Source of the DNA: Epithemia pelagica
Lineage: Eukaryota > Protista > Bacillariophyta
Direction of reading: 5' to 3'
Assembly (NCBI GenBank): GCA_946965045.2
Contig: OX337232.1
Location: 1,116,001 to 1,180,000, forward strand
DNA length: 64,000 bases
Position 1 is the stretch's first letter. The number at the start of each line of letters is the position of its first letter. Under the pieces are notes generated by a model that had not been told where the DNA came from, did no database searches, and saw only the letters and a list, made by a program, of their open reading frames with translations. Shown one piece after another: positions 1 to 11,176 of this stretch. Position numbers and translations under genes: made by a program.

Positions 1-47
1 TTCTTGTGAATCCTGTTGTTGGTCTTGTTGTTGTTTGTTTTGTTCTT

Positions 48-458
48 TCAAGAGTTGCGCTCGTCCATAATTGTCCAAATGTCGATCGTCGGCCAGCAAC
101 CCTCCAAAGCCTTGACAGGCACGATGAATCCAGACACTGACATCGACGGCAATCCGCAAGGGTCGATAGCTCCCATTCTCCCAGAGTTGGGAATACGACC
201 GCAAATCAATCTCCCGAGCCGCCGATCCATCTTCCAACACTTTGACCAAAAATTGGGGAACGCCCATGTTAGCATGGATTCTTGTTTGGTTCGGTTGCTG
301 GTTGGTTTTTGGAAAGGAAAAGGGTGTGCTTCTTGAAGCCTTCCAAAGTCAGAGACTGTGTTTCCGATTGTTCCGCGCGTTTAATTTTGGGGTTCTAGTC
401 CAGTTGTGGTTCTTGTTGTTGTTCTGGGTTCTATTGATTCGCCGCCGTCATCCGCCAT
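48..458 (-). CDS. Small hypothetical protein; starts at ATG 275, or at ATG 458 if an in-frame TAA (381-383) is a lesion
   Basis: ORF 48..275 is protein-like (RLICGRIPNSGRMGAIDPCG). An upstream in-frame ATG at 458 is separated by one TAA. Divergent from the 1278 gene. Confidence 0.3.
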
Positions 459-676
459 GGTCCTTTCTGTTCAAAGATCCGACCCGGAAGCGAAGGAACA
501 ATCAGCGCGACTGAAAGTGAACTTTGGTCGCCCAAATCGATCTGTCCTGAGACATCAACGCGACGTTGGGTCGTTTTCAGTCGCGAAGCATCACGACCCA
601 TTCTCGGACACGGGAGAATCTGGCCGACACAGAAGAGACACCAGGCATTCGCGAGCTTGCATGCGCATTTAAAAAC

Positions 677-908
677 TGACGTGGTATTCTTTTTCTGTTT
701 AAGGGTTTTGTCACATACGCACGACCGAGGGAACACACGCACGAGGGAGAGAACAGGGTGCATATGCGGATGACATCATTTCGATTGGTTGACATCACCC
801 AAAGACACAGGGACAGGAAGTAGTGACGTCATGTGCAATACCAGTAGGCCCCGTACAACCGGCTGCTTCCAACGTCATGTGCGAAGGCGTCTCTGGCCAC
901 GTCATGTG
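677..908. promoter_or_regulatory. Clustered ACGTCATGTG x3 (TGACGT bZIP core + CACATG E-box) upstream of the plastid-targeted gene
   Basis: Identical 10-mer at 826-835, 872-881 and 899-908; an extra TGACGT at 677-682. Confidence 0.5.
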
Positions 909-1277
909 TCATCCAAGTACACAATCGGACACAGTCACTACACACCTCAATTTTGCGATCGAGAAAAACTGTTTGTACACACTGCGCCATAGCGATAGTG
1001 AGAAGCTCCATCCAAACCCACCGTCGAACTCTCACACTTTACTGGGCAAACTCGAAAACGGTGGTCTTTTGGTGACAACCTGTCTATTCGACACAATCTT
1101 GAACTGCATCAAAAAGGCACACCACCAACGACCACCAACCGTCACTCCAACTGTGAAAATCAAATCAAACCTTGCGCTTCGCTTCGTTTGCTGTTGCAGT
1201 CTCTCCTTCTCTTTGTTCACAAATTCTCCTCTCTCGGCTCCTTCGCTGCAATTCTACAACAACCCCACATCATCACA

Positions 1278-2207
1278 ATGAAGTTCTTTTTCACTCTTTT
1301 TGCCCTTGCTGCCCCCGTCGCTGCCTTCAATGTGCCCCAACCTGGATATGGCAACTCCGCCTTGGGCTCCTATGTTGGAGGAATGGGTGAAGGCATGCCT
1401 GTCACTGACCGTGTCGGACGCGGCCCTGGCCCTGTCAAGGGCCCTTCTCCTGCTTCCTTGGCCAAGGGAGGCAACAACTTGTCAGAGAAGGCCAAGAGTT
1501 TGTTGCAATCCGAAGAACTCATCAAGGTCCAAGGTAACTCACTCAAGACGTGGTCCTTCCAAACACCCGCCATTGACCGTGTGCAAGTCCTCATGAAGAC
1601 AGAAGGCCGTCCCCTCAACGCCAATGTCGAACTCTGGCAAGGTCCGGACAACACTCCCCAGAAGATGACTGTCTACTTGGAAGACGGAAACGACCGCCCC
1701 TTTAGCGCCATTGTCGAGACGCCTGGTGGTCAAAACGCCATTGCCATTCGCAACACGGCCACCATGGAATACCCCTTGGAAGCTGCCGTCGAAGCCGAAG
1801 TGGGACGTGGACGTGGAATCAACGCTGGTATGCAAGAAGCCATTTTCAGTTTGACCGAAACCGCCATTCCAAGAACCATTCAAGGAGGAGCCGTGTACAC
1901 CAAGCCCTTTGCCCCCAGTGTCTCAAGTGTCCAATGTCTGCTCAAGACCGATGGACGTCCCTTGAATGCCCGTATCGAATTGTTGCAAGGTCCCAACAAC
2001 AACAAGCAAGTCGTTGATGTATACACCGAAGACGGTTTGGATCGTCCCTTCTTTATCATTATCGAATCACCGGGATCGGGCAATGTCGTGCGTATTGTCA
2101 ACACGGCCACCATGGAATACCCCATCACCGCCCGTATCGAACCCTACACGATTGATGAATCCATTCCTCAAGGTACTTCTGGATCCAGCTTCTTCATTGT
2201 TGACTAA
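1278..2207 (+). CDS. Plastid-targeted protein of unknown function with an internally duplicated ~110-aa domain
   Basis: Intronless 309-aa ORF. Signal peptide MKFFFTLFALAAPVAA-FNVP is ASAFAP-like. Repeat units KTEGRPLNANVELWQGP...NTATMEYP and KTDGRPLNARIELLQGP...NTATMEYP. Confidence 0.85.
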   Translation: MKFFFTLFALAAPVAAFNVPQPGYGNSALGSYVGGMGEGMPVTDRVGRGPGPVKGPSPASLAKGGNNLSEKAKSLLQSEELIKVQGNSLKTWSFQTPAIDRVQVLMKTEGRPLNANVELWQGPDNTPQKMTVYLEDGNDRPFSAIVETPGGQNAIAIRNTATMEYPLEAAVEAEVGRGRGINAGMQEAIFSLTETAIPRTIQGGAVYTKPFAPSVSSVQCLLKTDGRPLNARIELLQGPNNNKQVVDVYTEDGLDRPFFIIIESPGSGNVVRIVNTATMEYPITARIEPYTIDESIPQGTSGSSFFIVD

Positions 2208-3894
2208 GACTCGCATGAACGAATGGCCTATTTCGCTAGATTCTCGTTCGTGACGACGACGATGATGATGACAAGATGGATGACACCATGAATGGACTAA
2301 TGTATAGAGGAACCACCATCAAGATACAAGACACTGCAAGACGACCAAATCACGGAAGCTTGATGGAGGAAGGGATTTATTATTTTATGTGAATGGCTGG
2401 AGCTTTTGTATTCATACTATCTTTAAACAAACATTTAAAACATGAAGAAAAATCGGTGGTTGAATGTTATTTAAAAGCAAAGGCTAGTATACTGATCGTA
2501 TCAATCTTCGTACACCTCTCGTTTACTAGACTTCATTGGTCCCAGTCGCAATCGAGAAGGTGCTTACCATAGGAGCTGAGATGACAGTCGGCATTCGACT
2601 ACGAATGGTGTCAAGCTAGTTCGGTAGGTACGAGTATCTCGTCTACTTGGGGAGATGTTTGAATCCTACGACATGCAATACCTACAGACGACATTCAAAT
2701 CGACAAGAAAGATCGCACCATGTTTCAAACTACCTAGGAGAGTAACAGCCAAATGCTTTTCAAACGAACTTGCGACGACCAACAGGAAAGAGAACCAGCT
2801 GTCAACCGCCTTTGCCCAATTCAAATCATGAAGGATTGTCGATGTCACAGAGATTCAAACAACATCCTCCCTGACCTTCTCTCTTGCCGTTGGTATGGTC
2901 TTGCTCTTGTTGTTGTTGCAGTTGGCGCAAGGGCAGTTGCCCTCTTGGGTCAAAGGACATCGTACGCACCACCTCGATTGGTTGTCGAAAGGATGGTAGT
3001 TACGTCTGATTGGACATTGAGAGATGGATGATGTATGTCTTTGAGCTCTGATGCATCTTTCACTATACGATATTGTGTACGCCCCATCAGCCACGTCACT
3101 GGGAGAATTTCCAATATTTCAGCCAATCAGACAGATATCCTGATCATGTAAATTAATTTAAGGGGCATCGGAATCTTTCCCCGACGATATGCTCTACTTG
3201 TACCCCCAAATATACTTTAGTGGAACGAAGTTTTGCGCACTCAACACTCGACCCCGTTGCATGTCTACTCGGAAGCAGATTGGAGGAAGGAGAATCGGAA
3301 ATCGGAACGCATTTCACGATCATTGTGTATTGTGAGAAGCCTGGGGTCGATTTTGATCCCGCCATGTTTTGGTCGGGACTCCTCATCAGGTCGCTTTTGC
3401 GTCGCATATATGACTGGCGATGGATGGACGACGTACGACGTGCGGACCACCACCCTCGCTTATCTCCATTTATTTTTGGTCGCGCAGAAAACCAGATGGC
3501 GAACAAAATGACGTGGCGATTACCAACTGTTGCCAAACACTCTCCTTCATTATGTCGTGAGAGTTACGTTGGTTGTTGGCTGATGCCATGAGTGGCCGTG
3601 CAAATTGAAAAAGAGTTTCGGATCAATGGAATTTTTTGTGTCCCCTCTTCAACAAGATGACAAGCAAACGGTGTTGCCGGTTGGGAAGCTTGCTGTTTGC
3701 CGTGCTTCTTTCTGCAAATGCGACGGTGGCATTCTCGCCGACCCGTCTTTGGACGACCCAGATTTCGCACACGATCTGTCGTGTCTTTCAAGTACGAGCT
3801 CTAACACAGAACCGAAACAGCCGTTCGAAATGAACACGAAAGAGCTCGCAACAATAGTATTTGCAGTGTCAGCTTTGTCCAGAGACTTTGAGGG

Positions 3895-3997
3895 CTAGAA
3901 AGAAAGAACTTTGTGTAAGAAATCTGGGCCCTCTCCAGATTTCTTAAAGAAATCTGGAGAGGGCCAAGATTTCTTACACAAAGTTCTTTCTTTCTAG
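3895..3997. repeat. 103-bp nested palindrome, copy 1 (50-bp arms, 3-nt loop TAA)
   Basis: CTAGAAAG...CCAGATTTCT-TAA-AGAAATCTGG...CTTTCTAG with one arm mismatch; each arm holds an inner AGAAATCT...AGATTTCT hairpin. Confidence 0.95.
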
Positions 3998-4463
3998 TAC
4001 GAACTCTGATGACAAAGAACCGAAACAGCCGTCCGAAATGAACGCCGAAGAGCTCCAAGTGGCCAATGTCGAGGCAGCCCCAAAGGCTCTGGACAAAGCT
4101 GACACTGCAAACACTATTGCTGCGACTGCAAATACTATTGCTATGTTGTGAGTTGTGAGCTTGCGAACCGTGGATTTTTTGTGAGTTGTAAGCATTCGAA
4201 CATGGAAGCTCTTTCCTTGATGCTCTCTATTCAGTCCATTTGTGAGCAAAACTACTGAGGTGAACGACCTGCAGAAAGTTGCCTTTGTAGAAAAAAGGAC
4301 GGCAAACAGTAAGCTTCTTGGACGACCCAGATTTCTCACACGAACTGTTGTGTCTTTCAAGTACGAGCTCTAACACAGAACCGAAACAGCCGTTCGAAAT
4401 GAACACGAAAGAGCTCGCAACAATAGTATTTGCAGTGTCAGCTTTGTCCAGAGACTTTGAGGG

Positions 4464-4566
4464 CTAGAAAGAAAGAACTTTGTGTAAGAAATCTGGGCCC
4501 TCTCCAGATTTCTTTAAGAAATCTGGAGAGGGCCAAGATTTCTTACACAAAGTTCTTTCTTTCTAG
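4464..4566. repeat. 103-bp nested palindrome, copy 2 (loop TTA)
   Basis: Same as 3895-3997 except that the loop reads TTA. Confidence 0.95.
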
Positions 4567-4985
4567 TACGAACTCTGATGACAAAGAACCGAAACAGCCG
4601 TCCGAAATGAACGCCGAAGAGCTCCAAGTGGCCAATGTCGAGGCAGCCCCAAAGTCTCTGGACAAAGCTGACACTGCAAACACTATTGCTGCGACTGCAA
4701 ATACTATTGCTATGTTGTGAGTTGTGAGCTTGCGAACCGTGGATTTTTTGTGAGTTGTAAGCATTCGAACATGGAAGCTCTTTCCTTGATGCTCTCTATT
4801 CAGTCCATTTGTGAGCAAAACTACTGAGGTGGACGACCTGCAGAAAGTTGCCTTTGTAGAAAAAAGGACGGCAAACAGTAAGCTTCTTGGACGACCCAGA
4901 TTTCTCACACGAACTGTTGTGTCTTTCAAGTACGAGCTCTAACACAGAACCGAAACAGCCGTTCGAAATGAACACGAAAGAGCTC

Positions 4986-5080
4986 GCAACAATAGTATTT
5001 GCAGTGTCAGCGTTGTCCAGAGACTTTGAGGCAGCCCAAAAGTCTCTGGACAAAGCTGACACTGCAAATACTATTGCTGC
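4986..5080. repeat. Long hairpin (~43-bp arms) ending the array
   Basis: GCAACAATAGTATTTGCAGTGTCAGCGTTGTCCAGAGACTTT pairs with AAAGTCTCTGGACAAAGCTGACACTGCAAATACTATTGCTGC. Confidence 0.9.
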
Positions 5081-5127
5081 GAACTGTATGCAATGAGTAA
5101 AGGTACAAGAGCAGAAATCGTAATCTT

Positions 5128-5220
5128 TCTTCCACGCGCATACTATCCATCTTGTTGTTTGCCAAACACATATGCAATGTATGTGGCAAACAACAAGATG
5201 GATACTATGCGCGTGGAAGA
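5128..5220. repeat. Hairpin with 37-bp stem and 19-nt loop
   Basis: 5128-5164 is the reverse complement of 5184-5220 with one mismatch. Confidence 0.9.
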
Positions 5221-5499
5221 CCAAATCTTTCAAAGTCAAAGAAAGGTGTGACTCCTAGAAGCTTATTACCAATCAACGCAGTAATTTATTGAATGACGGG
5301 GCTGTCGCTTGGCTCAAGAAGCAGACGGCGGCCGAACAGGGAAATTCATTACCTTGGTTGACGTAAAAATCGTACGTCGAGCACGTGGGACTACAAATGG
5401 GGTTTGGGACGATAGAAGATATATAACGAGTAGTGCAAAGAACTGAAGCACAGCACTTTGTAGGGTGGTATCACATTGCATCATGGAGATGCGGTTCTA

Positions 5500-6185
5500 G
5501 AATGTGGACACTTTGACGAACCTGCCTGTCGTGGAACGCGCCCAACGCCAACAAAAGTAATCGCACAACACCAACAAGCCCTGTTCCCTTTGTTTCAGTT
5601 TAGGACTTCATGGCATCACCGCCTCTGGCAACCACGACCACCTCTGTTGGGCGATTCCCCAGATGACAAGGATGTGTTACATCACGAGAACGACGAACAG
5701 AAAGCTCAATACTTGTTTGGACGATTTCACTGTCGACAACGAGCGATTCCAGTCCCCCACTTAGTCACACGCATCCCCTACCATTATCAGACGACGACCA
5801 TGACAATGAGTTGGACGCGAGTTGCCCCAACGACGACTAGGACGAATCGACGGACAGTGATGGTGCGATGGAGGAACCAGTAGCTCAGGTTGTAGTAGTT
5901 AATACACAATCACCAGCATTGCCCACGAATGCTGCTACACCCGACCAAACCGGACTCGAAACGACGACACACTCCGCGGTGTGGTCCACACTGCTAACGC
6001 ACTTGCTCCACGAATCCCAACAATATCGACACCAAGTGGAGGAATTGCAACACCAAGTCAACAATAACAGCCACGACGTCAACAACACACGTGGAACGAG
6101 GAGGACCGTTCAGTGTTTTGGTGGGAGTTCCGCAAACATGACAAAGATGCGGCCGCAAGACGAACGAAGCACTGTGGCGTCGTGA
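5500..6185 (+). pseudogene. Decayed coding-like segment (acidic/coiled-coil remnant)
   Basis: Protein-like runs (DDDHDNELDASCPNDD*DESTDSDGAMEEPVAQ..., QQYRHQVEELQHQV) interrupted by several stops and frame changes. Confidence 0.25.
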
Positions 6186-7287
6186 AGAACCGAAACTAGG
6201 ATATATCCGTAAGCTACGAATGTGTGTGGGTGCGAGAGGAAAGAGGTCGAAGTACCACTACGTTTTCCAACCACCACGTTCCGGTGCTGGTTCGTGGTCG
6301 TCGTCCAGTCACCTTTCGGACGGTCCACCAGGCGCGCAAGAGGTTCCAGCAACAAGGGCAGTGGATGTTGCTGTGACACAGAACCGTTCCGGAAGAAAGC
6401 AGTTGCGCGCGCAAGAGGTTTCCACAAGAGGATCGCTGCAGCTATACGCCTCGATCGTCCAGTCGGACCAAGAAATCCGTTGTGAGGTTCAAGCTTCAAG
6501 CCCCTTCCGGATCCGAAGGCTTGTTGGTTCGTCTTTGCTTGACATGTTTTGGAAAAACGAAGAAGGAACATTCTTCTTTTCCCAAAAATGGCAAGCAAAA
6601 AAGATACAGCAACTTCTTTTGATCCAGGAGGAGGGAGAACCCACGTTTGTGCACCCGGGGGGGGGGGGGCGCCGCTACAACAACCAACGGCCTCCATCCC
6701 AAAGACGTGTGTGCATTCGGGGCAAGTGTTGTTGTTCTTGGACACTACACAAGTGTCTTTTTTTTCTACCCGTAACTTGGAGGAGCAGAGAACATTTATA
6801 TGTTGTGTCCTCTCACGAAGTCTCCTCGTTCCTGGGTGGCGGGATCCTCGTCGTCGTCCTGCGATACAGAGTCATCATCATACTCGTCTCGCTGGCTGGC
6901 GGGCGGGCTGGTTGTTGGTTGTGTGACTGTCGTCGTTGGACACTGCGGACGTTTTGTTTGTTTGTTTGTTGTTGTTTTCGAGTGGATGAAAACACTCCTT
7001 TCAACAATGAGTATAGCTGAAAGGATTGTTCCACACACAAACATGTCAGTGCCGTGAAACGTGAAAACGCCGGACAAGACAGTTTGGTGGTGTCCTGGTT
7101 TGTGTGTGTAGTGACAATTCGGTGGAAGGTACGTGGTTGGTGGATCCTATCATACACTCCCACATGTGTGTGCTGCTGTTCTATCTATTTCATGTAGGAA
7201 ATAACAATCTCCTAATAATAGAGGGCAACATGCCGTGCACCCAGCAAAGGAACCTGCCATTCGTCATGGAAACGTGGTAGTAGGCTG

Positions 7288-9385
7288 TCATGGTTCAATC
7301 TTGCCGGCATCTTTCATGACCATGACACGTAATTCTGTATAATCTTCAATGGCATACTTGATGCCTTCTCGACCCAATCCCGAATCCTTGACTCCGCCAT
7401 CTGCAAATTGTAGAATAAATATGTATGGAGCAAGATGCATAGATACATGAAAAAAGTGAGAAGTTGAACAGCGACCTCATTGGACACGGTACAACAACAA
7501 CATGCTGATAGGTATAGAGATATACGTACAAGCTTGGGAATCAATCCGTACCGAAGGTGTGGTGTTGATGCAAACACCTCCAGCTTCAATGTGATCAAAG
7601 GCATAATGAGCCCGATTCCAATTGTTGGTATACACACCCGCTTGCAATCCAAACTTGCTATTGTTCACCTCATTGACAACACCGGCAAAGTCGGAATCGG
7701 AATATTTGGAAAGGGTCACGGCTGGACCAAAGACCTCTTCCCAGTAAAGTTGGCAATCGAGAGGGGCATTCTCCACCACGGCCGGTGACACAAAGACACG
7801 ATCAAACCGTTGTCCACCCGTCAATAAGGTACCTCCACCCGCGACAGCCTCTTCGACCCATTCTTGGACGCGAATGGCGTCCTTTTCACTAATCAATGGC
7901 CCAATAAACGTGTCTTCCTCCATGGGATCGCCTGCCTTGAGACTCTTGACTTTTTCCACCAGGGCCGTCCGGAACTCGTCGTAGATGTTTTCATTGACAA
8001 ACAATCGTTGGACACTGATACAACTCTGTCCCGATTGGTAAAAGGCACCATGGACCACTTCGTCCACCACTTGAGACAGTCCCACATTCAAATCATCAAT
8101 GATACAGGCCGCGTTTCCACCCAATTCCAAAACGACTGGCTTTTTCCCAGCCTGTTCTTTGAGAGCATATCCCACACCCGGAGAGCCCGTAAAGCTCATG
8201 AGTTTGAACCGATCGTCCGTGGTGAGTAGTGTTCCCGCCGTTCGAGAACAGGGAAGGATGGAAAAGCCTTCCTTGGGCATGTTTGGGTCATTGGCCAAAA
8301 TCTCACCAATCAAGAGCGCACCCAAAGGAGTGTTGGAAGCTGGCTTGAGCACAAATGGACATCCTGTTGAAATAAAACAAACAGGAGCGATTGAGAAGAG
8401 TTCGACACTATCAATTCGGACATTCTCCATCGAACTCACCCGCAGCAATGGCTGGAGCAACTTTGTGTGCCGCCAAGTTGAGGGGGAAGTTGAATGGTGC
8501 AATCTAAAACAAGCTCAGGCAAGTCGTGAGAAGGACCACACTCATTCAACGTCACGCAAAGTTACGCCATCGGAAAGACCAAGAAACCAACATACCAAGC
8601 TGACAGGTCCAATGGGCACCCGTTTCGTCACAGATGTATATCCCTTGGCTCGAGGGGCAATGGCAAGATCGGCATACTCTCCATAAATACGCGTCGCTTC
8701 TTCGGCGGCCAGTTGAAAGGTTTGAATGAGCCGATCGGCTTCGCCACGAGCATCCTTAATGGGTTTCCCTGCTTCAATCGCCAAGTAATATCCAAATTCA
8801 TCCCGACGTTTGGTCGCCTCGTTGGCCACATTTTGCAAAATTTGTTGTCGCACATAGGCGGGCAAGGCACGCATCTTTTGGACTCCTACGGTCGCAGCCA
8901 CCTCGGTGGCTTGATCGACATGACCTTCATCTGCCATGGCTACTTTGCAAAACTCTTGCAACATATATTTGTTTACGACTGAAAGATCGCCATTGGGTGT
9001 GACAGGTTGGCCCTGTCCATCGACAAATGAAAACGGTCCAGCAACAGCAACATGGCTTGGTTAGATGACACATGCTACACGTCGTACATGTAACACAAGT
9101 GTTGGCTTCGAGTGTTCCACGTACCGCGAGATAAAAGGGAAGGGTACAGCCGGGTTGAACGGAATAGTCGGCTTGACCCGCCACAGTAGTCGATTGGAGT
9201 CGATGGGTGACTTGGACGGGTGATGCTATCCTGGATGTAGCGTATGCTACTGGTGACAACGATGACGACGAGGGTGGTAAAAGATGCTTGGTCCATGTTC
9301 TTCGCGTGTACGGTGTGGAAGCAAATCCAGCCGCTTGACCATGACGGGTCAAAATGAGCTTGATCCAATCGTTTCGTACACGCAT
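7288..9385 (-). CDS. ALDH21: Aldehyde dehydrogenase, ALDH family 21 (RNP123-like), about 5 exons
   Basis: Spliced motifs PFYLA|GQPV, EAGKPIKDARGE, IAPFNFPLNLAAHKVAPAIAAG|CPFVLKPAS, FTGS, ELGGNA, catalytic GQSCIS, EEVFGP and YGGVKDSGLGREG; stop TGA at 7288-7290. Confidence 0.9.
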
Positions 9386-9424
9386 CCTCGTAGCAGAAAT
9401 GCAATTTTTTCTTTCTCGTCACCA

Positions 9425-10065
9425 AGTCCAACAATGGACTTTCTTTTCACCGTTCTCAGTCAAAATTTACCAACAAACTCAGTCGTTTCCTCGATCACTG
9501 AGAGTCTGCGATTACGGACGATAAGGGGATGATGATATACTCGTACCGACTTGTATCCGATGTTTAGACGAACCATGAATGACATCCAAGAACTCAATCG
9601 AAGTGGAAAAACCGCGAGCGACCGAAAATTACGCGACCCATCTCATACGCCTCATCTTTTCTAAACTTAATTGATGGTTGAATCTTATTGAGTATATCTT
9701 GTAACAGAAGATAACAAACGCTGGGAAGTGGATGCGCGGATAGATCTTTGCAACACACCCCCTAGCGGGGGTGTTTTTGAAGTTTTGGTTGGATACACGA
9801 AATTAAACCTCTAGCCATACCCGCTAGGGGGTGATTTGCGACAAAAATGAGAGAGAAATCCTTTTCCTATGTATGCTATGTACTGCTTGTTAATATTTGG
9901 ATTAGGAGTATGAACGACAATGAGACGACCATTTTGTACAAGGTATCCCTTGCGTAGAAAGATTGAGTCCCTGTGGATCCCTCATGATGTAAATGTACAT
10001 AACGAACGACTGAAGTATTACTCCATAAAGAGCACTTTTGGTCTAGAAGTGTGGTCGAGGAATAA
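9425..10065. repeat. Intergenic block, copy 1 (upstream of ALDH21); duplicated at 11177-11590
   Basis: Collinear similarity including a 67-bp identical stretch, 9951-10017 = 11472-11538. Confidence 0.9.
9756..9833. mobile_element. 78-bp MITE-like element with 14-bp terminal inverted repeats
   Basis: CACCCCCTAGCGGG ... CCCGCTAGGGGGTG; lies in the ~270-bp segment absent from the second copy of the duplicated block; no clear TSD. Confidence 0.5.
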
Positions 10066-10101
10066 GCTGTGCAATCCAAGTAGTAACAGTAGGTTTACAA
10101 A

Positions 10102-11052
10102 TTATTCTACTAGATCTATTTTGTCACCATGCGATGGACACGAAAGACCAACAATGGTCCGACTTGAAACGTCGTAATCAATCATCACCGGCGCCGTCAC
10201 TGCCAGTAGGGCATCTTTTTCCGCGCTACAACCACGCATATTGGGTTTGGTTGTGGAAGCATTCACAAAATTGGTGGTACTGGTTTGCACAACGCCACGG
10301 CCCCAGTGAACGTGTCCCGAGAGAACGACTGGGATATTTCGTTGGGTTGCTATCTCTGTCAATGGCCTTAGTCCCTGCCAAGCTTTCATATGCAACTCCA
10401 ACACATGGTCCAGTACCTCCGATTTCTCAAGGTAGGGATTGATATGTGATATGAGGATATCGGGGGAACCCACCATACGGCTATAGTCATTTTGCAGAGA
10501 GGCTTCCCACGTCATGCCGTGCAGGTGCAGTCTGAACAATTCGACGCTCTGATTGCGCAAGTAGTAGATCTTGCGAATCATGCGCTTTCGATGTATACGG
10601 GCTTGTCATTTGGCGAATTCGTTCTCTAGATCAATGTGTGGAGCCGGGGGACGGGAAATATCATGGTTGCCGTGGACTACGACCACGTGATGGTAGTGTG
10701 AGGGCAGACCGTGCATTGTTTCGCCAGAACCATCGGATGAAGGGTTGTTTTCGTCCGAAGACAGCCACCGACAAAAGGACTGTACATGCTCCAATGATCC
10801 ACGGTCGGCAAAATCACCGCAGTGAATAAGAATGGATGGCGGTGATGGAGTTGGTGGTGGTATTTGTAGTGACGGATCGCCCTCGGAAGGAGGATCAGCA
10901 GCAGCAGGCTGTGGCGAGAGCCGTGAGACTGCCGCATGTCGATTGTGCGTATCGGAAATCACCACCAGCCTCACCACGCTTCGCTTTGGAGTTGCCAAAG
11001 CGATAGAGTGAGGTGTATTGTTGAGTCCGAGTCCGTCTGTGGTTTCCATCAC
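10102..11052 (-). pseudogene. Calcineurin-like metallophosphoesterase (MPPED/239FB-like) with one in-frame TGA at 10606-10608
   Basis: Motifs ISDTH, HCGDF, HGNHD, LISH and SGHVH; ORFs 10606..11052 and 10102..10581 are in the same frame. Confidence 0.75.
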
Positions 11053-11176
11053 TGTTGTTCAAAGGGAGAATGGTAAGAGTACTCGCATGAATATGGTACT
11101 TCTCCTCTTTTTGGTGCAGGACTGCATCGCAGTCTGGTCTCTGGTGAGATGTTGTTCACCAACTGCGACTGAATAC

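Larger units (their letters stand above)
3751..5030. repeat. 569-bp tandem repeat (2 full copies + partial third) rich in inverted repeats
   Basis: GGACGACCCAGATTT starts at 3751, 4320 and 4889 (period 569); copies are near-identical. Confidence 0.95.

Noticed and set aside
2855-3591. Possible gene at 2.9-3.6 kb
   Set aside because: The best frame has several stops and the 123-aa ORF lacks an ATG start and any motif.
3605-5239. ORFs inside the palindromic tandem array (e.g. 3974..4360, 4543..4929)
   Set aside because: Products of repeat and palindrome symmetry; no domain, Kozak or splice support.
6110-7163. Overlapping ORFs at 6.1-7.2 kb as a gene
   Set aside because: Mutually incompatible frames, low complexity and no recognisable motif; at most a decayed remnant.
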